A stretch of 64,000 nt of DNA from Pholidichthys leucotaenia (Eukaryota), in contig CM035846.1 in assembly GCA_020510985.1 (NCBI GenBank), positions 202,651,081-202,715,080 of the forward strand. Reading direction: 5' to 3'. Numbering within the stretch: position 1 is the first letter of the stretch; each line of letters opens with the position of its first letter. The notes under the pieces are model-generated. The model did no database searches. It was not told the DNA's origin and was given only the letters and a program-made list of their open reading frames with translations. The translations under genes and the position numbers were made by a program. This document shows positions 34,528-47,974 of the stretch, in pieces.

Positions 34528-35268
34528 TGTAAAACGCTTTTTTTTTAACACAATAAATGCAGCGTTATAGAGAAAAATAATCATAAAAATTATAATCAAG
34601 GACGATTTAGACAAATACATCCTTAAAATGATGCCTCCCTTTGCTGAATGATAAAAAAAAAAAAAATCACTGTGGAGCAGCTGATGTTTCGGATCCAATT
34701 TTGTGCAGCTGCTCAGCCAGCCGACATCACATCCTATCACTATTTTTTTTCTTACTTGTGATCCATTTGTAAAAGTTGTGACTGAAGACTTATCAAATAT
34801 TCAAACCAGCTGTCAGTAAATCAGATTTTTGTTATTGCCTGTAGGTTATTTACAGTGGTGTGAAAAAGTGTTTTCCCCCTTCCTCATTTCTCATTATTTT
34901 GTATGTATGTCACACTTAAATGTTTCAGATCATCAAACAAATATTCGACAAAGATAAGACAAGTAAACACAAAATGCAGATTTATATGGTGTTTACGATA
35001 AAAGGTAAAAAAAAAAAATCCAAACCTACATGACCCTATGCGGAAAAAGTGACCCCCCCCCCCCCCCCGTTAAAACATAAATTAACTGTGGTTTATCACA
35101 TCTTTGGAAAGCTGAGTTCAATTTCTCTAGCCACACCCAGGCCTGATTACTGCCACACCTGTTCTCAATCAAGAAATCACAAATAGTACCTGTCTGACAA
35201 TGTGAAGTAGACCAAAAGATCCTCAAAAGCTAGACATCATACTGCGATCCAAAGAAATTCAGGAACAA

Positions 35269-36151
35269 ATGAGAAACAAAGTAATTGAGATCTGTCAGTC
35301 TGGAAAAAGGTATAAATCCATTTCTAAAGCTTTGGGAATCCAGCGAACCACAGTGAGAGCCATTATTCACAAATGGCGAAAACATGGAACAGTGGTGAAC
35401 CTCCCCAGGAGTGGCCGGCTGACCAAAAGTACCCCAAGAGCGCAGCGACGACTCATCCAAGAGGTCACAAAAGACCCCACAACAACATCCAAAGAACTGC
35501 AGGCCTCACTTGCCTCAGTTAAGGTCAGTGTTCATGACTCCACCATAAGAAAGAGACTGGGCAAAAATGGCCTGCATGGCACAGTTCCAAGATGAAAGCC
35601 AGTGCTGAGCAAAAAGAACATAAAGGCTCATCTCAATTTTGCCAGAAAACATCTTGGTGATCCCCAAGACTTTTAGGAAAATACTCTGTGGGCTGACGAG
35701 ACAAAAGTTGAACTTTTTGGAAGGTGTATGTCCCATTACATCCAACATAAAATTCAGCAATTCAGAAAGGGAATATCATACCAACAGTAAAATATGGTGG
35801 TGGTAGTGTGATGGTCTGGTGCTGTTTTACTACTTCAGGACCTGGAAGACTTGCTGTAGTAAATGCAGCCATCAATTCTGCTGTCTACCAAAAAGTCCTG
35901 AAGGAGAATGTCCGGCCATCTGTTCGTGACTTCAAGCTGAAGCACACTTGGGTTCTGCAGCAGGACAATGATCCAAAACACACCAGCAAGTCCACCTCTG
36001 AATGGCTTAAGAAAAACAAAATGAAGACTTTGGAGTGGCCTAGTCAAAGTCCTGACCTGAATCCGATTGAGATGCTGTGGCATGACCTTAAAAACGCAGT
36101 TCATGCTCGAAAACCCTCCAATGTGGCTGAATTACAACAATTCTGCAAAAA
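35269..36151 (+). pseudogene. Tc1 B transposase, interrupted near its C-terminus by the insertion of Tc1 C
   Basis: The ORFs end at ...QQFCKN, exactly at the insertion point. The rest of the transposase (...AKIPPQCCKRLIA...) resumes at 37445. Confidence 0.7.
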
Positions 36152-37444
<1,293 letters not shown>

Positions 37445-38611
37445 AGTAGGCCAAAATTCCTCCACAGTGCTGTAAAAGACTTATTGCCAGTTATCACAAA
37501 CGCTTGATTGCAGTTGTTGCTGCTAAGGGTGGCCCAACCAGTTATTAGGTTTAGGGGGCCATCAAGTTTTCACACAGGGCCATGTAGGTTTGGATTTTTT
37601 TCCCTTAATAATCAACACCTTCATTTAAAAACTGCATTTTGTGTTTACTTGTTATCTTTGTCAAATATTTAAATTCGTTTGATGATCTGAATCATGAAGG
37701 GGCAAACACTTTTTCACACCACTGTATTTATGACTCCCTCATTCTTGCAACTTTAAAAAAAAAAAACAAAACCCAAATATAACTACTTCTTATTTCTTGC
37801 AGATGCAATCTGGCGTTGATAGTCATAATTCAAAGTCCCTAGTAAAACTACTAGTCATCCACAACAACAGCTTTCACACCTTTGGTGGATCCGTGGTACC
37901 ATGTGCGGTTACTTCTGTGACATGTCATGTGCACGTAGATGTTTCTCTCAGAGTCTGAAAGAAAACGTGGTGTGCACCAGACATTAAGAGGGCATATTGT
38001 GCTAATTTCTATCTCAGTAATGTCATTGTGTGACTATACTGGAGTAGCTTTGCAGGATTTGCAGATCAGCATAATGGGTTTTATAAAAAGTAGTGGTGCT
38101 GCCCCTGATCTCATTCTGTTTTGAAAGGAGCTCGCTTTTCAAATTGAAATCATGTTATTTTTTATGTTATTTGTTTTGTATTTTACTTTCTGTATATTTT
38201 GAGTACTAGGATTTGAAGAAATGGAACGGAGGAATTTTTTTTTCTCCTTTTTTTTTCCCCCCACTCTTTAATCTTCTTTTGACTTGTGTGTGTATGTCCC
38301 TAGCATTTGTAATACTGTTTTTTCCCTTTTCTTTTACGTGCTAGAAACATAGTACTACTACTACTCACACTGACATCATTGTGAGCCATTGGTAAAAAGC
38401 AAACTAACAGTACATGTACATCTAGTGGAGTCTGAAGTGTGAGCCTTTGCCTTGTAGGAATTGCTGTACTTGCATATAAACCTTATTTGAAACTATAACC
38501 ATGTTTTATTATCAGTGTCCACATTGTCCCATAGCACAATATGTCCTCCTTTTATGGAATATAATTTGTCATTTTATATATAGTGTGTTTTGCTCTTTCT
38601 TTCACTTCAAG

Positions 38612-38776
38612 GTGGCAGTTTACACTCGGCAGAAGTTAAACATCCGCCTCACAGCAAACTTCTTACTGGCCCTGGCTGCCAATCAGCCGTCCACTAAACT
38701 GCATGTCCGCAGATATTTCTGTGCTGCAGTACAGCTGCCTTCTGACTGGCTGGAAGTAGTTAGAATCTACAGCACA
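38612..38776 (+). CDS. tep1: tep1 exon 5 (TROVE region: VAVYTRQKLNIRLTANFLLALAANQPSTKLHVRRYFCAAVQLPSDWLEVVRIYST)
   Basis: Acceptor ttcacttcaag. Donor ACA|gtgagt. Strong match to the recalled ASLYARQQLNVRNVANNILAIAAFLPACRPHLRRYFCAIVQLPSDW. Confidence 0.75.
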
Positions 38777-38852
38777 GTGAGTCTTCCCTCTCCTCTACTT
38801 TATGTAAGGTGGGTTCTTTGTGTTCTGAATAAAAACTATCTGGTGTTTCCAG

Positions 38853-38990
38853 TGCTTCAGCCACTCTCTGCCGGCGTGCCTGAAGGAGGCGATGGCTGTG
38901 AAGTTCAAGGACTTCACAGAGTATCAGCTTGCTAAATACAACACACGCAAACATCGCTGCAAACACAACCGCAACAGGTGCAAATCAAAG
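38853..38990 (+). CDS. tep1: tep1 exon 6 (...SLPACLKEAMAVKFKDFTEYQLAKYNTRKHRCKHNRNRCKSK)
   Basis: Acceptor gtgtttccag. Donor AAG|gtacag. This donor is needed to keep exon 7 in phase. Matches the recalled ...PLPACLRTAMTDKFAQFDEYQLAKYNPRKHRAKRH. Confidence 0.7.
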
Positions 38991-39439
38991 GTACAGATGT
39001 TAGGCTGTTGATGTTGTCTGTTTTAGGTTTTGGCTTCTTTAACTTTTAAGGTAATATATCTTTCTCTGATCTGTTGTATTTAAGTAAGCCTGTCAGTAAG
39101 CTATGGAAAAAATCTGATGCGTTAGTTTGGGTTGAACTACTGTTGAGGAAGGATTCTGGGTGGAGTCAGGTCTGAGAGGACCTTTGTTTTGAATTTGGAC
39201 ATTACAGAATTAACAGAAGTATAAATGTACAAAGCTGTGGATTTAGGTGCATTTGGGTAGTTAATCCTGACATAAACAGTAAAACATATTAGTAAACCAT
39301 CATTAGCATAATGTGGTGGCACAATTGTAAATAACAAGTAATCACAAAACAAATGTAACTGACTCTCAAGGATCCAATGTTATAGTTGTATTGGGAGTCT
39401 TAACTTTACTTGGTGTTTGGAGGTTAGTAAAGACAGACA

Positions 39440-39860
39440 CAAAATAGACCTCGAGTATAGACAAAAGTATTGGGCACACCTAATCACTGAACTGAGGTGT
39501 TTCATTCCAGTGAAATCTTTATGTTGCAGCTTATCGAGACATTTGGACAATTCTATGCTACCGTCTTTGTAGAAACATTTTAAGGTAGGCTTTTTTTCTG
39601 TTGCAACATCACTATGCACAAAGCATTGAAGGTATTGTTAGATGAGTATGGTGTGGAAGAACTTGACTGCACAGAGTCTGGACCTCAACCCGGTCCTTTG
39701 AGATGAGCTTGAGTGGGGAATGTGAGCCAAGCCCCTCTGGTCCAAACTCTCAAAGGCTCTTCTGGATGAATGGGGGAAAAATTCCCACACACACTCCAAA
39801 ATCCTGTTGAAAACCCTCCCAGATGAGTGGAACTGTTATAGCTGCAAACTTGATATTACC
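39440..39860 (+). mobile_element. Degraded Tc1-like transposase C-terminal fragment
   Basis: ...GVEELDCTESGPQPGP...TLQNPVENPP... matches the DLNPIEHLW...LVESMPRR region. Confidence 0.5.
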
Positions 39861-39899
39861 TATAGATTTTACGTCCTGTAGATATTTTCTATGGATTTA

Positions 39900-40060
39900 T
39901 GATAGTGTTGTTTGCTATGGTGATAGATAGGCTGACCGATGAGGAGCTAGAGATGGCAGAGTTGAAGATGCTAACCTCTCACTGGGAGTGACTAGGAGGG
40001 ACAGGATTAGAAATGAGGCAGATGATCCACTGTGGTGACCTCTAAAGGGAGCAGCTGAAA
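39900..40060 (+). mobile_element. LINE ORF2 C-terminal fragment (...SLGVTRRDRIRNE...)
   Basis: Motif typical of LINE ORF2 tails. Confidence 0.4.
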
Positions 40061-40295
40061 GAAGGATAGAATGTCATAAAAGTAATGTTGTTTTCCCAGT
40101 ACAAGCATTACAGCATTAACAGAACTTGCTGTCCAGCAGTGAATGTCATCTGGCGGCCCACAGGCCACATCCGGCCCCGGGAATATTTCTGAATTTCAGA
40201 ATAGTTTAGTTCAGACTTTGTTTCATTAATTAATTTATACAGTTGCATCTCAATAAATTAGAGTATCATCAAAGTTAATTTATTTCAGTAATTCA

Positions 40296-40580
40296 GTTCA
40301 AAAGGTAGAGCATCCACCCCACACCCGGGAGGCAGGGGTTCAAATCCCGGCCGGGTCATACCAAAGACCATATAAAAATGGTACTTTCTGCCTTCTAGCG
40401 TGGTGCTCAGCATAATAGAACGGGGAAAAGGAAAGTTACGCACAGAGCTACCAGAGGACTGACCCCCCACTGTAGCTTTCACTACTTACAGTAGCTGTGT
40501 GGCCTAGGGTCAGAGAAACGGAGATAGGCGCCGGCCCATACACCAGAAATGGTGTTCCACATGCTGTGGTAGGGGTGGAA
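40296..40580 (+). mobile_element. tRNA-like/SINE-like insertion of about 285 bp flanked by a 14-bp direct repeat AATTCAGTTCAAAA
   Basis: GGTAGAGCATC...GGGGTTCAAATCCCGGCCGGGTCA (D-arm and B box-like). Flank copies at 40281..40295 and 40575..40588. Confidence 0.3.
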
Positions 40581-40769
40581 TTAATTCAGTTCAAAAAGCG
40601 AAGCTTATTCATTACAAACCGAGTGATATATTTCAAGCATTTGTTTCTTTTAATTTTGATGATTATGGCTGACAGCTAATGAAAACCCAAAATTCAGTTT
40701 CTCAAAATTGGAATATTGAATAAGATCATTTAAAAACGTGGATTATTAATAGAAATAGTATGTCCATAT

Positions 40770-41215
40770 ACACACTTGGTTGGGGCTTCTTTTGTATGAA
40801 TTACTGCATCAATGCAATGTAGTAGTAGTAGTAGATGGAGGTGATCAACCTGTGGCACTGCTGAGGTGTTATGGAGGCCCAGGTTGCTTTAATAGCAGCC
40901 TTCAACTCATCTGCATTGTTGGGTCTGGTGTCTCATCTTCCTCTTGACAATACTCCATAGATTCTTTATGAGGTTTAGATCAGGAGAGTTTGTTGGCCAG
41001 TCGAGCACAATGATACCATGGTCATTAAACCAGGTATTGGTGCTTTGGTAGTGTTGGCAGGTACCAAGTCCTGCTTGAAAAAGAAACCAGCATCTCTATA
41101 ATGCGTGTCAGCAGAGGGAAGCATGAAGTGCTCGAAAATTTCCTGGTAGACTTCTGCACTGGCTTTGGACTTGATAAAGCACAGTGGACCAACACCAGCA
41201 GATGACATGGCTCGT
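40770..41215 (-). mobile_element. Tc1-like transposase fragment
   Basis: The antisense ORF reads ...FFFKQDLVPANTTKAPIPGL... and ...[16 protein letters not shown]... Confidence 0.55.
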
Positions 41216-41386
41216 CAAATCAGGTGCCAAGTCCTGTCATTTGGAAACCAAGGTTCCAGAGTCTGAAGGAAGAGTTGAGAGGCACCGAATCAAAGTGGCT
41301 TGAGGTCCAGTGTGAAGTTTCTGCAGTCAGTGATGATTTATTTAAGATGGGCTATTTGCCCATCACATCACAATTTTACCATAAAC

Positions 41387-41583
41387 CAGGGGTGTCAAAT
41401 CATGTGCCATGGAGGGCCAAGACCCTCCAGGTTTTCTTTTCTTCCCAGTCTCTTCAGCAGGTGTTTTCACTTATCAGCAATCAGTGGGAAGAAATTCATT
41501 GGAATCTGCTGTTGAAGACACATGGCTGGGAAGTAAAGCCTGCAGGGTCTTGACCCTCCATGGCACATGATTGGACAACCCTG
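41387..41583. mobile_element. hAT-type palindromic MITE, copy 1 (197 bp), with a degenerate 8-bp TSD CCATAAAC/CCATAAGC
   Basis: TIR CAGGGGTGTCAAATCATGTGCCATGGAGGGCCAAGACCCT... Same family as 63130 and 63602. Confidence 0.6.
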
Positions 41584-42711
41584 CCATAAGCTTTTCAAAT
41601 TTGTTAGGAAAAACATAGTAAATTCATTTTAAAATAGACATAAATTTAGTGGAAAAAGCCACAGATGGATGTGGGAAAAAGTAATAAATTTATACGAAAA
41701 GTGCCAAATTTATGACACAAACCCTGACAAATTTATGAGAACAAATCTTACATGCACAATTGTCCTAAATTTGCAGCAGCAAAAACAAAAATGAGGGAAA
41801 AAGTTCACAATTTAGGTGATAATATATTACTTAAGATACAATATTTAATTTTATTTTTATTTAGACCATCTGTCCCTCAGTGTTGGCCAAGAAAAATTCT
41901 GGCCCTTAGGCAAATGTAGTTGATGACCTCTATAGCTAACAGAACTTAACTCTCACTTTGCTCATCTACATGCACAAACAAAATAAGAAAAACAGATTTT
42001 GCCCTTCTCGCCTCCACCCATGTCACTCTTTGCAGTCTTGGACTCTGTTACCAATGTGAAGGTCTTCCTGACATGCACAGAGGCTTTCTTGCAATATATT
42101 TAAAACATATTTTCTAATACACATTGACAAAATCAGCATTCAGTTTTTGTTTGAGCTTTACATTTGTATTTTTGAATTCTCAAACAGGTCAGATATTTTT
42201 TTCAGAATGCAAAAAATTTTCTTGAGGAAAAAGTAAAAATGCATAAACATTTGCCAAAATAAATCAGACACCATAATGGCTGTGAATCAACCACACTGTC
42301 TGTTCAGTGAATCAGACAAAGATTGTACTGGAGTGATCATTTCAGTAAAAAGAAAGACCCCTTTTGTAAGAAGGAAACATAGAAAAGACACATTAATTCA
42401 TAAGTTCCTCATGATGCTGCAGTCTTTATGCTGGTGAAAAATGAAGATGGATGTTTGGAGGTACTCCTTGAAACTGTAGGGGTCCTGGACCAGGAAAAGA
42501 CATCGACGTTGACTTTAATTAAACAAATTGATCATTTCTATTCACTCTTATATGGAAACATTAATATTACTGATGTGAGCTTACCATTTTCTACTTAACT
42601 CCCTTGCCAAAAATACATTTTACTGATTTAATTAGCAGGACACACATACTTAAGAATTCAATTCTTGATTACTTCATTGTTTGTTCTGAAAACTTCTTCC
42701 TCGATTTCTAG

Positions 42712-42783
42712 AAGCCATCTGATTCTCAACTGAAAAAGTGGGCAAATGCACTCAGATCAAATCCAACAATGTTGAAGAACTAT
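42712..42783 (+). CDS. tep1: tep1 exon 7 candidate (KPSDSQLKKWANALRSNPTMLKNY)
   Basis: Strong acceptor cctcgatttctag and donor TAT|gtaagt. It keeps the phase. The similarity to TEP1 is weak. Confidence 0.4.
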
Positions 42784-43031
42784 GTAAGTTAATATACTTT
42801 TTGTCTTATACTATTTTAGTTGTACACCACATTCCAAATTATTATGCAAATAGGATTTTAGTATCAAACATTGATTTTTTTTTTTTTTTTGTTTTTCAAT
42901 TAAACTCATGGATGGTATTGTGTCTCAGGGCTCTTTGGATTACTGATATCAATCTGACACCTGTCATAATTAGTTTGCCAGGTGAGCCCAATTAAAGGAA
43001 AACTAAAGAAGGATGTTCCACATTATTAAGC

Positions 43032-44059
43032 ATGCCACAGGTTTCAAGCAATATGGGAAAGAAAAAGGATCTCTCTGCAGCCAAAAAGTGTCAAATAGTG
43101 CAATGCCTTGGACAAGGTATGAAAACATTAGATATTTCACAAAAACTTAAGTGTGATCTTCGTACTGTGAAGAAATTTGTGTCTGATTCAGAGCACAGAC
43201 GGGTTCGTGCAGATAAAGGCATAATGAGGAAGGTTTCTGCCAGACAAATTCATCGGATTAAGAGAGCAGCTTCTAAAATGCCATTACAAAGCAGCAAACG
43301 GGTATTTGTAGCTGCTGGTGCCTCTGGAGTCCCACGAATCTCAAGGTGTAGGAGCCTCCAGAGGCTTGCAGTTGTGCGTATACCTACTATTTGGCCACCC
43401 CTAACCAATGCTCACAAGCAGAAGTGGTTGCAGTGGGCCCAGAAATACATGAAGACTAATTTTCAAGCAGTCTTGTTTATTGATGAGTGCCCTGCAACCC
43501 TGGATGGTCCAGATGGATGGAGTAGTAGATGGTTCGTGGTTGGCCACCATGTCCCAACAAGGCTGCAACATCAGCAAGGAGGTGGCAATCATGTTTTGAG
43601 CTGGAATCATGGGGAAAGAGCTGGTAGGCCCCTTTAGGGTCCCTGAAGGTGTGAAAATGACCTGGGCAAAGTATATAGAGTTTCTGACTGACCACTTTCT
43701 TCCATGGTACAAAAAGAAGAATCGTGCCTTCCATAGTAAAATTATCTTCATGCATGACAATGCACCATCTCATGCTGCAAAGGATACCTCTGTGTCATTG
43801 GCTGCTATGTGCATAAAAGGAGAGAAACTCATGTTGTGTGCCCCATCCTGACCTCAACCCTTTTGAGAACCTTTGGAGCATCCTCAAGCAAAAGATCTAT
43901 GAGGGTGAGAGGCAGTTCACATCAAAACGGCAGCAATGGGAGGCTATTCTGACATCTTGCAAAGAAATTCAAGCAGAAACACTCCAAAAACTCACAAGTT
44001 CAATAGATGCAAGAATTGTGAAGGTTATATCAAAGAAGGGGTCCTATGTTAATATGTAA
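43032..44059 (+). pseudogene. Transposase of element D spread over three frames (43032..43637, 43609..43851, 43838..44059)
   Basis: An HTH N-terminus and a DDE-type C-terminus. Two frameshifts. Confidence 0.7.
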
Positions 44060-44164
44060 CTTGGCCTGTTAAGATGTTGTAGATTGAAATAGCTTTTGAT
44101 TTCAGTAACTATGACCTCCTAATGCTGCAAATTCAACAAATGACCATTTTCAGTTCTTCACAAC

Positions 44165-44433
44165 CATCCATCCATCCATCTTCTTCCGCTTAATCCTTTT
44201 CGGGTCGTGGGGGGGCTGGAGCCTATCCCAGCATCTTTGGGCGAGAGGCAGGGTACACCCTGGACAGATCGCCAGTCCATCGCAGGGCCAACACAGAGAG
44301 ACAGACAACCATTCACTCTCACAGTCATACCTAAGGACAATTTAGAATCCCCAGTTTTGATGCCAATTAACCTAACTTGCATGTTTTTGGCATGTGGGAG
44401 GAAACCGGAGAAGTCCCGGAGTAAACCCACGCA
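44165..44433 (-). mobile_element. tRNA-derived SINE that lacks its head, nested in element D
   Basis: (CATC)n tail ...cttccgcttaatcc...ggaggaaaccggag. It is truncated at cccacgca. Confidence 0.65.
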
Positions 44434-44737
44434 TAAAATGTTTTGAAACGCTGTTGTGCACAATAATTTGGAACAGTGCATTCTGAGTTTTTTTTTTTTA
44501 TTTTTGCAAAAGAGTAGTTATCATTGGGAGGTTCAGTAAAATTTGAATTATGCTCTAATGGTTGATGACTTGAAAATGATACTGTCATTTGCATCGACGA
44601 TTTAGGAAAATCAGAGACAAATATTTGCATAATAATTTGGAACACGGTGTATACTTTAGTTTGTTTCACATCCATCTACAGTAGATATGGGTTTAATACA
44701 AGTGTTTCTTGGTTTATAATGGCTTGTTTGTGTGCAG

Positions 44738-44862
44738 TTGCAGGTAGACTCCAGCAGAAGGGTAGTGGATAAAAAGCAGCAGGAGTTCAGTATTAAGAAG
44801 ATGATCAGGCGGCTTCATATTAAAGAACCAGCTGAACATGTTATGGCAATTCTTGGCAAAAA
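44738..44862 (+). CDS. tep1: tep1 exon 8 (LQVDSSRRVVDKKQQEFSIKKMIRRLHIKEPAEHVMAILGKK). It has a tandem acceptor gtgcag|ttgcag, with the alternative start at 44744.
   Basis: Matches the recalled ...KKNPPRFTLKKLVQRLHIHKPAQHVQALLGYRYP. Donor A|gtaaga. Confidence 0.6.
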
Positions 44863-45590
44863 GTAAGACTGATGGATCTTGGGTTGAATTAAGTCAGTGT
44901 CGCACTTTGTAAGCACATAATTGTCATACTTTTGCAGTCTATGTTTGTGTTTAGAATGGCTATTTATTTTTTCCATACATGATCATAAACTTTTTAATGG
45001 TTTCATTTAAATGCTTACATGTAGGAATTGGGTTTTTATCAGATATTCACATTTACTGGTTTTTATTTGTCTTAGATGTTGTCATAAGGCATGGAAGACC
45101 TACAAAGCAGTTTGATTTTTCACCTGGTCATTGTCTCTGTTTAAAAAGGAACAAAAACTATACACGGGTTTATTGTCCAACATGAATTTCTAAAAAAAAA
45201 ATGAATTAAAATTAAAGCACCATAATTTCTGATGCCTCAGTGCTTGTGGCATGGTAGCATGGGATAGCCAAGTATTGTGCCAGTCCATGCAAGCTTTTGA
45301 AATACTGGCTATTGGTTAATGCGTGTATGATGCTGATGTCACTGTCACAACACACACGAGGTGCACTTCTTTAAATACTTATGGTTGAGTGGCAGTAATA
45401 CATGGAAACTATTCAGCACTCCTTAAACCCAAAAGTTACATAGACATACAATGCCTATGGTATACTATAGTTGCGCTTTGCATACTGAGGACCAAGGCAT
45501 AACTGTATAACTTAAATAAAATATATATGTTGATGCAGGAAAAAGTGAGATTATGTCTATTTTTATTATTTATATATTTTTTAAATATAT

Positions 45591-45645
45591 AAATAATAAA
45601 TAAATAAATAAATGTAAATAAATAATAAATAAATAAATAAATGTT
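45591..45645. repeat. (AAATAAAT)n microsatellite
   Basis: Read directly. Confidence 0.6.
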
Positions 45646-46264
45646 TTATATTATTTGATAGTTGTTTTTTTACGTTTTTATTTTAAATAATTAATATTCA
45701 TCTTGTACTAGGTTTTGGTTCAGCTCTTCAGTTTATACTTCAGTAGTTCATCAGTCTGTTTAAACTAGGGCACTTAGAGAGCACATACCTCCGCCAAGAC
45801 TCCATCCTTCCCTCCGTCTCTTTGTCCATCCGTATTGCCGTCCATCCGTATTGCCATCCATCTGTACATTGTGAGATGGGGCCTTGGCGGAGGTATGCAC
45901 TCACAGATCACCTCCAATATCTAGTGATTTCATCTTTGGGCTAAGGGCCACCTCTGGTGAAAATTTTAATCAAATCCATCCAGTTGTTTTGGAGTATTGT
46001 TGCTAACACTCTGTGAGAAGATAAGAGCCATGGCGGCGGTATGCATTTTTAGATAATAACCAAAATCTAATCATGTGTTAAGTGTGCCATTACACACCTT
46101 TCCTGAAAATTTGAATGCAAATTGATATATACGTAAATGCAATCCATTATTATTAACAAACGATTGCAAAAACAGTATGACTACATTATTAGTGGTGTGA
46201 AAGTGTTTGTCCCCTTCCCGATTTCTCATTTTTTTGTATGTTTGTCACACTAAAATGTTTCAGA

Positions 46265-46641
46265 TCATTCATTCATTCATCTTCCGCTTAATCCTTTTTG
46301 GGTCGCGGGGGGGGGGAGGGGCTGGAGCCTATCCCAGCGTCTTTGGCCGAGTGGCAGGGTACACCCTGGACAGATCGCCAGTCCATCGCAGGGCCAACAC
46401 AGAGAGACAGACAACCATTCACTCTCACAGTCATACCTAAGGACAATTTAGAATCCCCAGTTTGATGCCAATTAACCTAACTTGCATGTTTTTGGCATGT
46501 GGGAGGAAACCGGAGAAATCCCGGAGTAAACCCACGTAGACACAGGGAGAACATACAAACTCCACACAGATCACTGCTGGTCGGTGTCTGGGATCGAACC
46601 CAGGATCCCCCGGCCAAGGGTGAGTTGCAGTGCTGCCGCAG
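46265..46641 (-). mobile_element. tRNA-derived SINE (head truncated by about 25 bp) nested in Tc1 B'
   Basis: Homologous to 12031..12426. Confidence 0.7.
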
Positions 46642-46959
46642 TCAAACAAATTTAAATATTAGACAAAGATAACGCAAGTAAACACAGTGCATTTTTTAAA
46701 TGAAGGTGTTTATTATTAAGGGTAAAAAAAAATTCATAGCTACATGGCCCTCTGTGAAAAAGTGATTTCCCCCCCCCCCCCCCCCCTGTTAAAACATAAA
46801 TTAACTGTGGTTTATCACATCTTTGGAAAGCGGAGTACAATTTCTCTAGCCACACCCAAGCCTGATTACTGCCACACCTGTTCTCAATCAAGAAATCACT
46901 TAAATAGGACCTGCCTGACAAAGTGAAGTAGACCAAAAGATTCTCAAACAGTAGACATC

Positions 46960-47974
46960 ATGCTGCGATCCAGAGAAATTCAGGAACAAATGAGAAACAA
47001 AATAATTGAGATCTATCAGTCTGGAAAAGGTTATAAAGCCATTTCTAAAGCTTTGGGACCCCAGCGAACCATAGTGAGAACCATTATCCACAAATGGCGA
47101 AAACATGGAACAGTGGTGAACCTCCCCAGGAGTGGCCGGCTGACCAAAAGTACCCCAAGAGCACAGCAACAACTCATCCAAGAGGTCACAAAAGACCCCA
47201 CAACGACAGCCAAAGAACTGGAGGCCTCACTTGCCTCAGTAAGGTCAGTGTTCATGACTCCACCATAAGAAAGAGACTGAGCAAAAATGGCCTGCATGGC
47301 AGAGTTCCAAGACGAAAACCACTACTGAGCAAAAACAGCATAAATGCTCATTTCAGTTTTGCCAGAAAACGTCTTGATGATCCCCAAGACTTTTGGGAAA
47401 ATACTCTGTGGACTGACGAGACACAAGTTGAACTTTTTGGCAGGTGTGTGTACATCCGTCGTAAAAGTAACGCAGCATTTCAGAAAAGGAACATCATACC
47501 AACAGTAAAATATGGTGGTGGTAGTGTGATGGTCTGGGGCTGTTTTGCTGCTTCAGCACCTGGAAGACTTGCTGTGTTAAATGGAACCATGAATTCTGCT
47601 GTCTACCAAAAATCCTGAAGGAGAATGTCCAGCCATCTGTTTGCGACCTCAAGCTGAAGTGCACTTGGGTTCTGCAGCAGGACAGTGATCCAAAACACAC
47701 CAGCAAGTCCACCTCTGAATGGCTTAAGAAAAACAAAATGAAGACTTTGGAGTGGCCTAGTCAACATTCTGACCTGAATCCGATTGAAATGCTGTGGCAT
47801 GACCTTGAAAAGGTGGCTTATGCTCGAAAACCCTCCAATGTGGCTGAATTACAACAATTCTGCAAAGATGAGTGGGCCAAAATTCCTCCACAGTGCTGTA
47901 AAAGACTCATTGCCATTTATTGCAAACGCTTGAATGCAGTTGTTGCTGCTAAGGGTATCCCAACCAGTTATTAG
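46960..47974 (+). pseudogene. Tc1 B' transposase in three frameshifted pieces
   Basis: ORFs 46960..47268, 47094..47618 and 47738..47974. Confidence 0.65.

Larger units (their letters stand above)
42825..44649 (+). mobile_element. Tc1/mariner-superfamily transposon D (TIR CACCACATTCCAAATTATTATGCAAAT, TA flanks) with a nested SINE
   Basis: Inverted termini at 42825 and 44649. The transposase has ...DNAPSH... and ...DLNPFENLW.... Confidence 0.7.
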
